Assembly (NCBI GenBank): GCA_049424145.1
Contig: JBMSSC010000005.1
Location: 1 to 48,327 of the forward strand
Length of the DNA: 48,327 nt
Source of the DNA: Bdellovibrionia bacterium
GTDB taxonomy: Bacteria; Bdellovibrionota; UBA1018
Direction of reading: 5' to 3'
Below are positions 29,948-40,649 of this stretch, piece after piece. The notes under the pieces are model-generated. The model was not told the DNA's origin, searched no databases, and saw only the letters and a program-made list of their open reading frames with translations. Within the stretch, counting starts at the first letter, position 1. Every line of letters begins with the position of its first letter. Made by a program: the position numbers and the translations under genes.

Positions 29948-32782
29948 GTGAGGCATTCATTGCAGAAACTGAGTTATTTAAATCATACGAACGCAAGCTA
30001 TATTGAAGAGCTGTTTGAAAAATATAGCGAGAACCCAGAATCCATTGACCCGTCGTGGCGCTATTTTTTTGATGGCCTGAACTTAGGGACTGAGACATCC
30101 GCCTCGGTCTTGCCTCTGGAGAGCACCCCCCAGACCCAGGCTCCCACGGCTCCTCGCTCGCCTGAGCGCCCTGCCGAGTTCAACCGAGAGGCCCAAGTCG
30201 CCCAGTTGATTCTTGCTTACCGAGAGTTTGGAAAATATTTGGCCCAAATCAATCCCTTAGCTCCTCCTCAGGCCTCTCATCCCCGGCTTGAGCTCTCTCG
30301 ATTTGGACTCTCTTCAGCTGATCTGAAGACTTCCTTTCAAGCAGGAAAACTCATTGGACTCGGAGGTCCTGCCTCTTTGGAAACCATCCTGGCTCACCTC
30401 AAGCAAACCTATGGAGCGCAGATTGCCGTTGAGTTCACTCACATCGAGGACTCAAACGAACAAGAGTGGCTCAGGGCAAAGATGGAAGCATCTCAGAATC
30501 GCCCCAACCTCGATGCGGCGACTCAAAAGAGAATTCTTGCTCGCCTCACCGAGAGTGAGACGTTTGAGCGGTTTTTACACACCCGATATGTTGCTCAAAA
30601 GCGCTTTTCAATTGAAGGAGGCGAAGCTCTCATTCCTGCTTTAGACCGACTCATTGAGCAAGGAGCGGAGCTGGGCGCAGATGAATTTGTCATGGGAATG
30701 GCTCATCGGGGCCGACTCAATGTTCTGACGCTGATTTTTGGAAAAAAGCCTGAGTTGATTTTCACTGAGTTTGAAGGCGCCTACGCGGCGGACCTCTCCA
30801 AAGGAGAAGGGGATGTGAAGTATCACATGGGATTTTCCACGGACTTCACCACCGTGTTTGGGAAGAAAGTCCACCTCTCGCTGGCGTCAAACCCCAGTCA
30901 CCTGGAGTTTGTCCATCCCGTGATCGAAGGCATGACTTACGCCAAGCAGCAGCATAAAAAAGACTCTGAGAAAAGCCGGGTCATCCCCATTGCCATTCAT
31001 GGAGATGCTGCGTTTTCAGGTCAAGGCGTTTGCTATGAGACGTTAAACTTCTCCCAACTGAAGGGCTATGGCACAGGTGGAACCATTCATTTTGTCATCA
31101 ATAACCAAGTAGGCTTCACCACCTCACCGGAGCAGAGCCGATCCACTCCTTACTCAACGGATGTCTCTAAAATGCTGCAGGTCCCTATTTTCCATGTCAA
31201 TGGAGATGATCCTGAAGCCTTGTGGTATGTCACAGGACTCTGTGTGGAGTACCGCCAGAAATTTAAAAAAGATGTGATCATTGATCTCGTTTGCTACCGT
31301 AAGCACGGTCACAATGAGGGCGATGAGCCGAGCTTCACTCAACCGCTGCTCTACAAAACGATCAAATCCCATGCATCACCCAGGGAGCGTTACGCTCAAA
31401 AACTCAGGGATGCCCGGATCGTCACCGAGGAAGAAGCCCAGCAGTGGATCAACCAAGGAACCTCAAAGCTCTCTGAAGCTCAAGCACGCACCAAAGCCGA
31501 GGCCCCTCGACCTTACGTTTCTTCGATGGAAGGGCTCTGGAGCCATTTAAAACGCCCTCAGGACCAAGATCTGTTCTCTGCAGTTCAGACGGCCGTACCC
31601 GAAGAGCGACTGCGCGCTTTATCTCAAAAACTCAATCAAATGCCTGCAGGCTTTCAGCTGCATTCGAAGCTTTCGCGGTTTTTTGAGGCTCGTGCTAAAG
31701 CGGTCGACGAGGGGAAGGGTCTGGATTGGGGTAACGCCGAAATCCTAGCCTATGCCACCTTATTGGAGGAAGGCCACCCCGTGCGACTCTCTGGTCAGGA
31801 CGTGGAGAGAGGAACCTTCACTCATCGTCATTCCGTCTTAAATGACTTTGAAACGGGCAAAACTCACACCCCCTTAAATCACCTGAAAGAGGGTCAGGCC
31901 TCATTTGACGTCCACAACAGCTTGCTCTCAGAAACAGCCGTTTTAGGCTTTGAGTATGGGTATTCCATCGCAAGCCCTCATGCTCTATCCATTTGGGAGG
32001 CTCAGTTTGGAGACTTCGCCAATGGCGCTCAAGTGATTATTGACCAGTTCATCGCCTCCTCTGAATCCAAGTGGCAGAGAATGAGTGGACTGACTCTTTT
32101 ACTCCCTCATGGATTTGAAGGACAAGGTCCCGAGCACTCCAGCGCACGCTTAGAGCGCTTCTTACAACTGTGCGGAAAAAATAATTTATCCGTGTGCAAT
32201 CTCTCCACACCCGCTCAGATCTTTCATGCTCTGCGGCGACAAGTGAAGCGAGACTTCAGAAAGCCGCTTGTGGTGATGTCACCCAAGAGCTTGCTCAGGC
32301 ACCCCTTAGCCGTCTCTGATCTTCGAGAGTTGAGCAAAGGTAGCTTTCAAGAAGTCCTCAATGATCCAACGATTCAAACGGCTGCGGATGCTGCAAAAAT
32401 CAAGACCGTCCTTTTGTGCTCAGGCAAAGTCTACTACGACCTCATCCAAGCGCGCGAGAAGATGGGATCACCGCCGATTGCCGTCATCAGAATCGAGCAG
32501 CTCTATCCTTGGCCAGAAGCCCAGCTTGCTCAGATCTTAGAGCAGTACAAGAAGGCAAAGACGCTGATTTGGGTCCAAGAGGAGCCTAAGAACATGGGCG
32601 CTTGGAGCTATATCTTTAATCTGTGGAGCGGAGGGTTTGACTTTTTCCAAGAAAAAGCAGGCAATCGCCCCATTCATTACGTAGGTCGAGAGATTGGGGC
32701 TGCTCCTGCTGTGGGCTCCCATAAAATTCACGAAAAACAACAAGAAGCACTGATTCACAAGGCACTGAACTATGAAACATAA
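29948..32782 (+). CDS. sucA: 2-oxoglutarate dehydrogenase E1
   Basis: [48 protein letters not shown] and [12 protein letters not shown]. The start may be TTG 29960. Confidence 0.98.
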   Translation: MRHSLQKLSYLNHTNASYIEELFEKYSENPESIDPSWRYFFDGLNLGTETSASVLPLESTPQTQAPTAPRSPERPAEFNREAQVAQLILAYREFGKYLAQINPLAPPQASHPRLELSRFGLSSADLKTSFQAGKLIGLGGPASLETILAHLKQTYGAQIAVEFTHIEDSNEQEWLRAKMEASQNRPNLDAATQKRILARLTESETFERFLHTRYVAQKRFSIEGGEALIPALDRLIEQGAELGADEFVMGMAHRGRLNVLTLIFGKKPELIFTEFEGAYAADLSKGEGDVKYHMGFSTDFTTVFGKKVHLSLASNPSHLEFVHPVIEGMTYAKQQHKKDSEKSRVIPIAIHGDAAFSGQGVCYETLNFSQLKGYGTGGTIHFVINNQVGFTTSPEQSRSTPYSTDVSKMLQVPIFHVNGDDPEALWYVTGLCVEYRQKFKKDVIIDLVCYRKHGHNEGDEPSFTQPLLYKTIKSHASPRERYAQKLRDARIVTEEEAQQWINQGTSKLSEAQARTKAEAPRPYVSSMEGLWSHLKRPQDQDLFSAVQTAVPEERLRALSQKLNQMPAGFQLHSKLSRFFEARAKAVDEGKGLDWGNAEILAYATLLEEGHPVRLSGQDVERGTFTHRHSVLNDFETGKTHTPLNHLKEGQASFDVHNSLLSETAVLGFEYGYSIASPHALSIWEAQFGDFANGAQVIIDQFIASSESKWQRMSGLTLLLPHGFEGQGPEHSSARLERFLQLCGKNNLSVCNLSTPAQIFHALRRQVKRDFRKPLVVMSPKSLLRHPLAVSDLRELSKGSFQEVLNDPTIQTAADAAKIKTVLLCSGKVYYDLIQAREKMGSPPIAVIRIEQLYPWPEAQLAQILEQYKKAKTLIWVQEEPKNMGAWSYIFNLWSGGFDFFQEKAGNRPIHYVGREIGAAPAVGSHKIHEKQQEALIHKALNYET

Positions 32783-33992
32783 TGTGACCGCCCCCTCAGT
32801 TGGAGAATCCATTACGGAAGTAAGTATTCTGAAATGGGTAAAAAAAACCGGACAAGCCGTGCAAACAGGAGACCTCCTGCTTGAAATTGAATCGGACAAA
32901 GCCACGGTTGAGATCGTTGCTGAGTTCAGTGGAGTTTTAAGTATTTTAAAAAACGAAGGGGAGCGAATCCCTGTGGGTGAGATCATCGGGATCATTGATG
33001 ATGCCGCTGTGGCATCACAAGCCCCCGAGACTCGGACCACCCCAGAGGCACAAAAAAAACCCATCGAGCCTCCCACACTCACTCCGGGCCCAGCTGCAAC
33101 TCCTGGACCTGCGGCTCGTAAGGCTCTTGCGGAAAAAGGTCTCGAAGCGGCTCAAGTTCCCGGCACAGGAAAAGACGGCCGAGTAACAAAGGGCGATGTC
33201 ATGGGTTTTAGTCCTAGCGCAAGCACAGCGCCAAAGGCTCCTAGTGCCCCCTCAGCTTTTGCTCCCGTTTCTGCAGCACCTCTGCGTGCCGGAGACCGCA
33301 GGGTACCCATGTCTCAGCTCAGAGCTAAAATCGCCGAACGCCTGGTGATGGCTCAGCATACGGCTGCTATTTTAACGACTTTCAACGAAGTGGATATGGG
33401 CCCTGTCATGAAGGTGCGCAACCAGCATAAAGACGCCTTTAAGGCCAAGCATGGAGTGCCCCTGAGCTTTATGTCCTTCTTCACTCGAGCCTCAATTGAG
33501 GCTTTAAAAGTCATTCCAGAAGTCAACGCAAGCATCGAGGGTCGAGATGTGATTTATCACGACTACTACGACATCGGCATTGCCGTGGGAACGGAGCGAG
33601 GCCTGGTGGTGCCCGTGCTTCGTGACGCAGGCCAGATGGGCTTTATTGACATTGAGAAGAAAACAGCGGAGTTGGCTCTGAAAGCTCGCGACGGCAAACT
33701 CTCCATTGCAGACATGTCTGGGGGAACCTTCACGATTTCAAACGGAGGAGTGTACGGCTCCCTCCTCTCCACGCCGATCCTCAACCCTCCGCAGAGTGGG
33801 ATCCTAGGAATGCATAAGATCCAAGAACGCCCCGTGGCCGTTGACGGAAAAGTGGAGATCCGCCCCATGATGTATTTGGCCCTCTCTTACGATCACCGCT
33901 TAATTGATGGCAAAGGGGCTGTGACGTTCTTAGTCACATTAAAGGACTTTTTAGAAAACCCTGAGAAACTGGGATTGGACTTCTTAAAATGA
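32772..33992 (+). CDS. sucB: Dihydrolipoyl succinyltransferase E2
   Basis: Lipoyl motif ESDKATVE, E3-binding [10 protein letters not shown] and catalytic YDHRLIDG. Confidence 0.98.
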   Translation: MKHNVTAPSVGESITEVSILKWVKKTGQAVQTGDLLLEIESDKATVEIVAEFSGVLSILKNEGERIPVGEIIGIIDDAAVASQAPETRTTPEAQKKPIEPPTLTPGPAATPGPAARKALAEKGLEAAQVPGTGKDGRVTKGDVMGFSPSASTAPKAPSAPSAFAPVSAAPLRAGDRRVPMSQLRAKIAERLVMAQHTAAILTTFNEVDMGPVMKVRNQHKDAFKAKHGVPLSFMSFFTRASIEALKVIPEVNASIEGRDVIYHDYYDIGIAVGTERGLVVPVLRDAGQMGFIDIEKKTAELALKARDGKLSIADMSGGTFTISNGGVYGSLLSTPILNPPQSGILGMHKIQERPVAVDGKVEIRPMMYLALSYDHRLIDGKGAVTFLVTLKDFLENPEKLGLDFLK

Positions 33993-35407
33993 GCTCAGAA
34001 AAATTTGATTTAATCGTAATCGGTGGGGGTCCCGCAGGCTATGTGGCAGCCATTCGTGCCGCTCAACTGGGCTTTAAGACCGCTTGCATCGATAAACGAA
34101 AAACGTACGGCGGCACCTGCCTGAACGTGGGATGCATTCCCTCGAAGGCCTTATTAGACTCCAGTGAACACTACGCGCAGGCTCAGACGAAGCTTCAAAA
34201 ACACGGCGTCAAAGTGGCCTCCGTGGAGCTTGACCTCGCTCAGATGATGAAACGCAAGGAAGGCGTGGTCAGGCAACTGGTGAATGGGGTCGCAGGACTT
34301 TTGAAAAAAAACAAGGTGGAAGCCATCACTGGGACTGCCAAACTGCTGCCCAGCACCCCTCAGGAGCGACTCGTTTTAGTCGAAAACGAAGGTCAAACTC
34401 GGACGCTCAGTGCCCCTAGAGTTCTGCTGGCCACAGGAAGCGAGCCCGCTCAACTGCCCTTTTTACCGTTTGATGGGAAGACCATTTTAAGCTCAACGGA
34501 AGCCCTTGAGCTCACCTCAGTCCCTAAGCATCTGGTTGTGATTGGAGGCGGTGTGATTGGGCTGGAATTAGGCTCCGTGTGGATGCGACTGGGCGCTCAG
34601 GTCACCGTTGTGGAGTTTCAGGATCGAATCTGCTCCGTTGTCGATCAGCAAGCAGGAGCAGAACTTCATAAGGCACTCAGTAAGCAGGGCATGGAATTTA
34701 AGCTGGCTACGAAGTGCACGGGCGCTACCCCCAGTGGAAACGGCCTGCTAGTGCATCTGGAGGAGCGAGCCAGCGGAACGAAGATTCAATTAGAATGTGA
34801 TCGTATCCTTGTGGCAACAGGAAGAAAACCCTACTCCCAAGGCCTCGGTCTTGAGTCCGTGGGAATCCAGACCAATGCTGCTGGATTTATTCCCGTCGAT
34901 GAGCATTACCAGACTCAAGCGGCAGGAATCTTTGCCGTGGGAGATTTAATCCCAGGCCCCATGCTCGCTCACAAAGCCGAAGAAGAAGGCGTCGCAGCCG
35001 TTGAAATCATGGCCGGACAAGCGGGACATGTGAACTACTTAACCATCCCGAATGTGATTTATACTTGGCCTGAATTAGCCAGCGTGGGGTACACAGAAGA
35101 AGAACTCAAGGCCAAAGGCATGGCGTACAAAGCGGGGACTTTTCCCTTCATGGCCAATGGGCGTGCCAAGGCCATGGAAGAACCCGAGGGCATTGTGAAG
35201 CTTCTGGCCGACCAAAAAACGGATCGCCTCTTAGGGGCTCACATCGTGGGACCTTGGGCAAGCGACTTGATTGCTGAGTGTGTGACCGTGATGGAGTTTG
35301 GCGGGAGTGCCGAGGACATTGCTCGCACCTGCCACGCTCATCCCACCCTCTCCGAAGTGGTAAAAGAAGCGGCTCTTGCTGTGGATCGGCGTCAAATTCA
35401 TCTTTAA
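33989..35407 (+). CDS. lpdA: Dihydrolipoyl dehydrogenase E3
   Basis: [30 protein letters not shown] and HAHPTLSE. Confidence 0.98.
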   Translation: MSSEKFDLIVIGGGPAGYVAAIRAAQLGFKTACIDKRKTYGGTCLNVGCIPSKALLDSSEHYAQAQTKLQKHGVKVASVELDLAQMMKRKEGVVRQLVNGVAGLLKKNKVEAITGTAKLLPSTPQERLVLVENEGQTRTLSAPRVLLATGSEPAQLPFLPFDGKTILSSTEALELTSVPKHLVVIGGGVIGLELGSVWMRLGAQVTVVEFQDRICSVVDQQAGAELHKALSKQGMEFKLATKCTGATPSGNGLLVHLEERASGTKIQLECDRILVATGRKPYSQGLGLESVGIQTNAAGFIPVDEHYQTQAAGIFAVGDLIPGPMLAHKAEEEGVAAVEIMAGQAGHVNYLTIPNVIYTWPELASVGYTEEELKAKGMAYKAGTFPFMANGRAKAMEEPEGIVKLLADQKTDRLLGAHIVGPWASDLIAECVTVMEFGGSAEDIARTCHAHPTLSEVVKEAALAVDRRQIHL

Positions 35408-35427
35408 ATGAAAAGGCCCCTGCAAAC

Positions 35428-35464
35428 CCCTGCCTAACTGACGCCTGCCAATCGGCAGGCAGGG
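35428..35464. repeat. GC-rich nested palindrome (REP-like or terminator-like) after lpdA
   Basis: GCCTGCC-AATC-GGCAGGC (35443-35460), with an alternative pairing CCCTGCCT (35428-35)/AGGCAGGG (35457-64). Confidence 0.55.
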
Positions 35465-35477
35465 AACCACTGGACGC

Positions 35478-35517
35478 AAAAAAGAAGAGGAGAAGATAAA
35501 CGTCTCTCTTCTCCTCT
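35478..35517 (-). terminator. Candidate intrinsic terminator of the SOD gene
   Basis: 11-bp stem AGAGGAGAAGA/TCTTCTCCTCT followed on the minus strand by TCTTTTTT, 27 nt after the stop. Confidence 0.6.
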
Positions 35518-35544
35518 GAAATGGATTTTGCTTAAGCAAAAAGC

Positions 35545-36156
35545 TCAAGCGGCTTGGGTGATGAAGCGCCCTGCTGAGGCTTGAAAGCGTTGGTCAACCA
35601 CATCCCAATGAATTCGAGCTAAAAGGGCGTCAATGTAGTGCACCTTAGCCGTGCCATAGTCCATTGCATAGGCATGCTCCCAACCATCCAAGGCCAAAAG
35701 AATATCCTGCTCCACAAGCAGTCCTCGGTGATGTTCTTCGATCACCAGATTTCGAAGCACGCCATCTCGCTGCGAACGACAAAGGAGGAGCCATCCATGA
35801 GCCGAAAGAAGTCCTGCCTGAACGTCTTCTAGGTAGCTACGGATGCTCCCGTAGGATTGCTCAATGGCCGTTTGAAGCTCAGGAGAGACTTCAACTTTTT
35901 GACCAGTTAAGTTCTCAAAGAACAACTCATGAAGCCTTGCCCCATTAAAAGGCACAGCCCGTCGGCGCTGCAGCTCGGAGTACTCGCTGTAGCTGTAATT
36001 GGAATCTTTCGAACTCAGATCCTGGAGTTTTTTTTCAATCTCATTCGTCTTATTGACATAGCCCTGATAAAGACCGAAATGCGCTTTTAACAGCGCATCA
36101 CTCATGCCTTCTAAATTCCCCAACAAGTGATCGTAATTTTTTGCGTGCATCATCAT
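35545..36156 (-). CDS. Fe/Mn superoxide dismutase family protein (divergent, ChrC-like type)
   Basis: Metal ligands in HFGLYQGYV, NGARLHELFFENL and DGWEHAY. Confidence 0.9.
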   Translation of the reverse strand: MMMHAKNYDHLLGNLEGMSDALLKAHFGLYQGYVNKTNEIEKKLQDLSSKDSNYSYSEYSELQRRRAVPFNGARLHELFFENLTGQKVEVSPELQTAIEQSYGSIRSYLEDVQAGLLSAHGWLLLCRSQRDGVLRNLVIEEHHRGLLVEQDILLALDGWEHAYAMDYGTAKVHYIDALLARIHWDVVDQRFQASAGRFITQAA

Positions 36157-36169
36157 ACGAACTCAAGTT

Positions 36170-36186
36170 TGCAAATGAAATGCCGA
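36170..36186 (-). promoter_or_regulatory. Candidate sigma54 promoter of the SOD gene
   Basis: Minus strand reads TCGGCATTTCATTTGCA, an exact GG-N10-GC with GGCA and TTTGCA, 13 nt upstream of the first ATG. Confidence 0.6.
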
Positions 36187-36284
36187 AGCGATCGACCAAA
36201 TGCTGAATATTGGATTCAGAGCAGAAAAAAAGAAGGAGGAGACTTGCTGACCACGGACTGCCTATCCTCCGATCCAGGTGAAGG

Positions 36285-36677
36285 TCAGGGGCTCTTTTTC
36301 CTCTGAGGCTTTAACTCGTAGGGAGGGGGAACTTCTTTTCCATCCTCAAAATACACTTCTGAAACCACTTCGCCCTGCTCATTGTACTCAAGCCAACGTC
36401 CAGACTTCTTGCCTTTTTTATATTCTCCCACCAATGCAATGCGATCGTTTAAGTACCACTCATAGTACTTTCCTTCATTGATCCTCTGGCCAGAATCATC
36501 TTCCACCTGGTCACAGGAGCGCTTCCCAATGGTGGACAAAGGGGTTGCCCGTGCAGGCTGCCCCCCCCAAGTACAAGGCTGGTGATGGGAGCTTGCACAG
36601 GAAGCCAAAAAGAAACTCGTGAATAGGAACAAACTGGCCTTAAAAAAGAGCTGACGTGAAGTGGGAGACTCTTTCAT
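36285..36677 (-). CDS. Lipoprotein with MORN2/YwqK-type repeats
   Basis: Lipobox LASC; EGKYYEWYLN..GEYKKGKKSGRWLEYNEQG..YFEDG. Confidence 0.85.
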   Translation of the reverse strand: MKESPTSRQLFFKASLFLFTSFFLASCASSHHQPCTWGGQPARATPLSTIGKRSCDQVEDDSGQRINEGKYYEWYLNDRIALVGEYKKGKKSGRWLEYNEQGEVVSEVYFEDGKEVPPPYELKPQRKKSP

Positions 36678-36706
36678 TTCCTTTTAGATTACCATAGATC
36701 TGAGTG

Positions 36707-37309
36707 ATGAAAAAAATTTACCTCATTCGGCACGGAGAAACCGATTGGAATGCCCAAAAACGATTCCAAGGGCACCTGGATATCCCCTTAAATGAAAAGG
36801 GAATCCGCCAAGCCCAAGAGCTCATCCCCGTTTGCCAGACCCTCCAAATCCAAGCGGTCTTAAGCAGTGACTTAACCCGCGCCTCTCAAACTGGCCGAAT
36901 CATCGCCCAAGGACTGGGGATCCCCCTGTTTGAGGATCCTCACTTAAGAGAAGCTCATTTAGGTCAAATGCAAGGACTGACGGCCGAAGAGATTGCTTTA
37001 GCCGTCGGACAACCCCTGGTGGATCGCTGGAAATCCCCTTTGGAATGTGATGCAGACGTCTGCTACCCGGAGGGAGAAACAGGCAGAGCAGTCTTAACTC
37101 GCGCGTTTGCCGCCATGGAGCGATTCCTTCACTCCCACTCTTTTGAGTCCATTGCCGTCACCTCGCATGGGGGCGTTGTTCGACGCATCCTACAAAAGCT
37201 CCACTCCACCCAAGAAACCCTCCTGAAGATTCACAATGCCTCCATCCATCCCATTCTCTACGATGGACAGCAAAAACAATTCTTGGTTCAAGGCCCTGTT
37301 TCTTCGTGA
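36707..37309 (+). CDS. Histidine phosphatase (phosphoglycerate mutase family)
   Basis: LIRHGETDWN, SSDLTRASQT, LRE..G and VTSHGG. Confidence 0.93.
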   Translation: MKKIYLIRHGETDWNAQKRFQGHLDIPLNEKGIRQAQELIPVCQTLQIQAVLSSDLTRASQTGRIIAQGLGIPLFEDPHLREAHLGQMQGLTAEEIALAVGQPLVDRWKSPLECDADVCYPEGETGRAVLTRAFAAMERFLHSHSFESIAVTSHGGVVRRILQKLHSTQETLLKIHNASIHPILYDGQQKQFLVQGPVSS

Positions 37310-37340
37310 ATCAGTCCCTCCGTCCTCAAGGAACGAAGTG

Positions 37341-38240
37341 ATGCCTTACCAGCTAGAAAAATTCAAAAATGGTCAAACCTCCCTCTCTGAGGTGGGCCTC
37401 AAAGAGCCCATGCACTCGTGGATTGGTCCCTGGGAAGAAGCCAATCTGATCTATATTGGGCAATCCCGCCTCCAGGAGCGCCTCGCCTTAGCTTCGCCTC
37501 ACCCGCTCGTGGTCTGGGATGTAGGTCTTGGCATCGGTGCAAATGCCATAGCGCTGCTTCAAGCCACCTTCAACCTCAACCCTGCGCGCAGCCTCCACCT
37601 TCTGAGTTTTGAAAAGGACCTCCGCGGATTGAGTTTTGCTTTAGAACACCGGGAACATTTTCCCTTTTTAAACCCCTTCACCGCCTCTTTACAGGCCATT
37701 AGCAAAGGGTGTAGGGAACTCCAGCTAGGCCCCAAGGTGCTCTGGCAGATTGTCCCTGGGGATTTTGCTCAGATCTTAATCCCTCCCTCGGACCCTAAAG
37801 ACCAGCCAGTCCCCCCCCACTCCCTGGGAACCCTTCCCCGACCTGAGCTCATCTATTACGATTTCTTCTCCCCTCAGTCTCTACCCTCCCTCTGGTCTCT
37901 CCAGATGTTTCGTACTTTATTTGAAAAAACTCAGCTCCAAACCCATTCCCCCTTCCCCACTGAGCTCATCACCTACAGTTGTGCCACAGCAGTCCGATCA
38001 GCCTTGATTCTTGCGGGATTTTACGTGGGAGCTGGGGTGAAGACTCCGGCAAAAAAAGAAACCACCGTGGCCAGCACCTCTGCCCAGGGGCTGACCCAAC
38101 CCCTGGACCCAAGCTGGGTGGAGCACCTCAAACGATCCTCCAAGCCCCTGCCTTTGGATCATGGGTTTAAAACAGAGGATCAAGCGATTTTAAAAATCAA
38201 GGAGCGACTGCTTGAGCCTCACCTTCCCGTGCTGGATTGA
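37341..38240 (+). CDS. Stand-alone MnmD-like (MnmC N-terminal) SAM-dependent methyltransferase
   Basis: MHS..GPWEEA, DVGLGIGAN, SFEKD, YDFFSP..P.LWS and TYSCATAVRSALILAGF. AAGGAA SD before ATG 37341. Confidence 0.8.
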   Translation: MPYQLEKFKNGQTSLSEVGLKEPMHSWIGPWEEANLIYIGQSRLQERLALASPHPLVVWDVGLGIGANAIALLQATFNLNPARSLHLLSFEKDLRGLSFALEHREHFPFLNPFTASLQAISKGCRELQLGPKVLWQIVPGDFAQILIPPSDPKDQPVPPHSLGTLPRPELIYYDFFSPQSLPSLWSLQMFRTLFEKTQLQTHSPFPTELITYSCATAVRSALILAGFYVGAGVKTPAKKETTVASTSAQGLTQPLDPSWVEHLKRSSKPLPLDHGFKTEDQAILKIKERLLEPHLPVLD

Positions 38241-39979
38241 GCCGTAAGATACAAAGGAGTGCGCCCAAAAAAGAGGAGAAACGGGGTCTCAGTCAGAATC
38301 GGTGTAGCCCCCGGCTGAACCGTCATTCCAATGGAATAAGAGCGTGAATGACAAAAATTCCAGCCATCAAAGCATTTCACTAAATCCAAGGGAGGCTCAA
38401 TTTCAGCAAAAGAGGTCCAGCCATTGATTTCATGTCCACCATCAATCTGCAAAGGAGCAATGCCCATGGCCACCCCTTTGCGATATAAACTCCATTTTGC
38501 GTCATGGAGTCGAAATGCATCGTAATGTCCAAAGACGGTATAAATACCAAGAAGAAGGAGAGCTAAGAAATTGGATGCCTTCGGACGATCCTCAAATTGA
38601 TGCGCGAATCCAGCAAGAAAAACCAAACCCCCAAGCATCACCTGAAAGCAGTAGCGATCGAAAACTTGAAACTTAAAAAACTGCACAATGACCCCAAATG
38701 AGAACAGAGCAAGACAAAATCCGCTCATTGCAATTTCAAGATTGAGGGCAGAAGACGATGAAACTCTCTGGTTAAAGAGGCGGATCCATCGGCTGCTGCA
38801 CAGAGCAAGGATGATGAGGATTCCCTGCCAGATCTCCGTTGGCCAACTCGGACCCGAGTAAGCATCGCTGAGAAGCAAGGGCCCAATTCCCGTGTTTCTC
38901 AGAACATTGCCCCAAAACGGGAAGTTTCGCTGCCAGTTTTGAAAAAGGAAGTTTTGGCGCGGAACGATGTCCTGAATATTAAAAAAATTCCAAGCATAGG
39001 CGACTCCAAGAAGGCCCGCTGTGGTCACAGAGCCCAGGGAAATTTTTCTCTTCTTTATGAAAAAAAGCAAAGGCCCGTAAAAGGCTGTCAAATAGATTAA
39101 AGTCGTCATGAGGTACAAAAAAATTGCATCCCAATTGATCTCTAAAATCGATTCGAAGTGTTCCCCAAAGAGCGCGGGCGGCTGATGGGTCAGCTTCACC
39201 CAATTGAAATGCCCCAGAATGATCCCTGTAAAAAGGACAAGACCGATTGCAAACTTGGGCCACTGTTTTTTGAGTTGAAACAGTTGATTTTTTCTCCACA
39301 TCACCCAAAGAGTAGCGGCTACCAGCGCTGGATAGCCTAAAGCGGCAAGCTGCCTGATCCAAAAAGCGCCTCCAATCAAAATCGGAGTCACCCCAGCGGC
39401 AGTCCAACTCACCCATCCCTCCTGTTGAGTCTCTAAGTGCTGCTGTCGGGAGGAAAACCAAAGATACCAGCCCACAAGGACAGGCAGGATGCTATAGAGC
39501 TCCGACATAAATGAGGTGGAGAAGTAAAAATACAGAGGATTCAGAACCAAGCACAGCAAGATCCAACTCTGATATCGCTGAGGGGTTTGCATGAATTGCA
39601 AAAGCTTACGAAAAAGCCAGATCCCTAAAAAACCAAGGAAAATACTTTGAAGCCTTAAGATCCAATGAGAGAAACCAAACACATAGGGGATTAACCCAGA
39701 GAAGAATACCTGCCCAGCTAAGGAGGCACTGGATGGAGGAAAAAGCCTGAACTCCCCCTTTTCAGCCCACTGTTTGACCATGTAAGCATATCCCCAGTCA
39801 TCGTTCAGCGGGTAGTCTCCAAAGGGCCACACAAAAAGGATCACTAGAAAATAGATCAAAAAAGGAAGAAGCTCAGCCCAGCGTGCTTTTAAAAACCCTC
39901 CCTCTCCCAGGGGGTTGATCCGAGCCTCAAAAGGCAAATGACCACTGGTTCGAGTTGACCTTTGTTTTTTCTGATTCAA
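38219..39979 (-). CDS. GT-C (ArnT/PMT-like) membrane glycosyltransferase
   Basis: DYPLNDDWGY after TM1, NPLYF..S.SFMSE, RQ and FDRY; about 12 TM helices; TTG start with GGAGG SD. Confidence 0.8.
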   Translation of the reverse strand: MNQKKQRSTRTSGHLPFEARINPLGEGGFLKARWAELLPFLIYFLVILFVWPFGDYPLNDDWGYAYMVKQWAEKGEFRLFPPSSASLAGQVFFSGLIPYVFGFSHWILRLQSIFLGFLGIWLFRKLLQFMQTPQRYQSWILLCLVLNPLYFYFSTSFMSELYSILPVLVGWYLWFSSRQQHLETQQEGWVSWTAAGVTPILIGGAFWIRQLAALGYPALVAATLWVMWRKNQLFQLKKQWPKFAIGLVLFTGIILGHFNWVKLTHQPPALFGEHFESILEINWDAIFLYLMTTLIYLTAFYGPLLFFIKKRKISLGSVTTAGLLGVAYAWNFFNIQDIVPRQNFLFQNWQRNFPFWGNVLRNTGIGPLLLSDAYSGPSWPTEIWQGILIILALCSSRWIRLFNQRVSSSSALNLEIAMSGFCLALFSFGVIVQFFKFQVFDRYCFQVMLGGLVFLAGFAHQFEDRPKASNFLALLLLGIYTVFGHYDAFRLHDAKWSLYRKGVAMGIAPLQIDGGHEINGWTSFAEIEPPLDLVKCFDGWNFCHSRSYSIGMTVQPGATPILTETPFLLFFGRTPLYLTAQSSTGR

Positions 39980-40127
39980 GCTTGAGCCCTCCCTGAAGAT
40001 GACTCAAGCTTAGGTTCGGACACACGCTTTGTCCAAAAAAAACGCTCCCCTCTTGGATTTCATCCCTCGGTTCAGCAGAGGAGAGAGACCTGACTTCACC
40101 CAAACAATCGGAGTTTTGGGAATCTCT

Positions 40128-40649
40128 TTAATGACTTGAAGTGGGAGTCCCTAGAATCGGAGTCGACAACACCTGAGGAATCCCGAGTGAATTTTGGACA
40201 GAAGTATTTCCAACAGGAGTGACTGAAGCAGGTGCCCTGGGTATCGCGGGTTGATCCTTTGGACTTCCTAAAGACTGAGGGTCTCTGGATGGGGTCGAAT
40301 CCGATGATGGAGAAGAGCTTCCAGGGGCGCAAACACCGCTTGCATCCGCTCCTTCTGCCAGCGGATCAGGATTGGGCGGAGGAATGGACTGAAGACTTAA
40401 ATGAGTGGCATCCACCCAGCCCACTAGTAAACTTCTCAGCCTGACCTTATGAAACCCCAAGGTGGGAAAATTACTGGCCACAAGGGGCGTGTCTTTGTGA
40501 AGCTTGATGACTTGAGCCGATCTTTTATCCGGATAAAGATAAACGGTGGTTTCCTGAGCCTCCACAACCCCTGAGCGAGCGGCATGAGCAGGAGAAGGGC
40601 TGAGAAAAAAACAGAAGATTCCAATAAAAATTCCAAAAGTTGAAGTCAT
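40128..40649 (-). CDS. Exported SH3b-domain protein with Pro/Ser-rich tail
   Basis: Signal peptide ending AHA; VYLYPDKRSAQVIKL..GFHKVR..GWVDATHL; ATGA overlap with the M23 gene. Confidence 0.7.
   Translation of the reverse strand: MTSTFGIFIGIFCFFLSPSPAHAARSGVVEAQETTVYLYPDKRSAQVIKLHKDTPLVASNFPTLGFHKVRLRSLLVGWVDATHLSLQSIPPPNPDPLAEGADASGVCAPGSSSPSSDSTPSRDPQSLGSPKDQPAIPRAPASVTPVGNTSVQNSLGIPQVLSTPILGTPTSSH

Noticed and set aside
32537..33868. Antisense ORFs of 181, 60 and 100 aa over sucA/sucB, and similar shadows elsewhere (e.g. 14638, 17210, 29217, 38979)
   Set aside because: They lie within well-supported genes and show no recognisable motifs.
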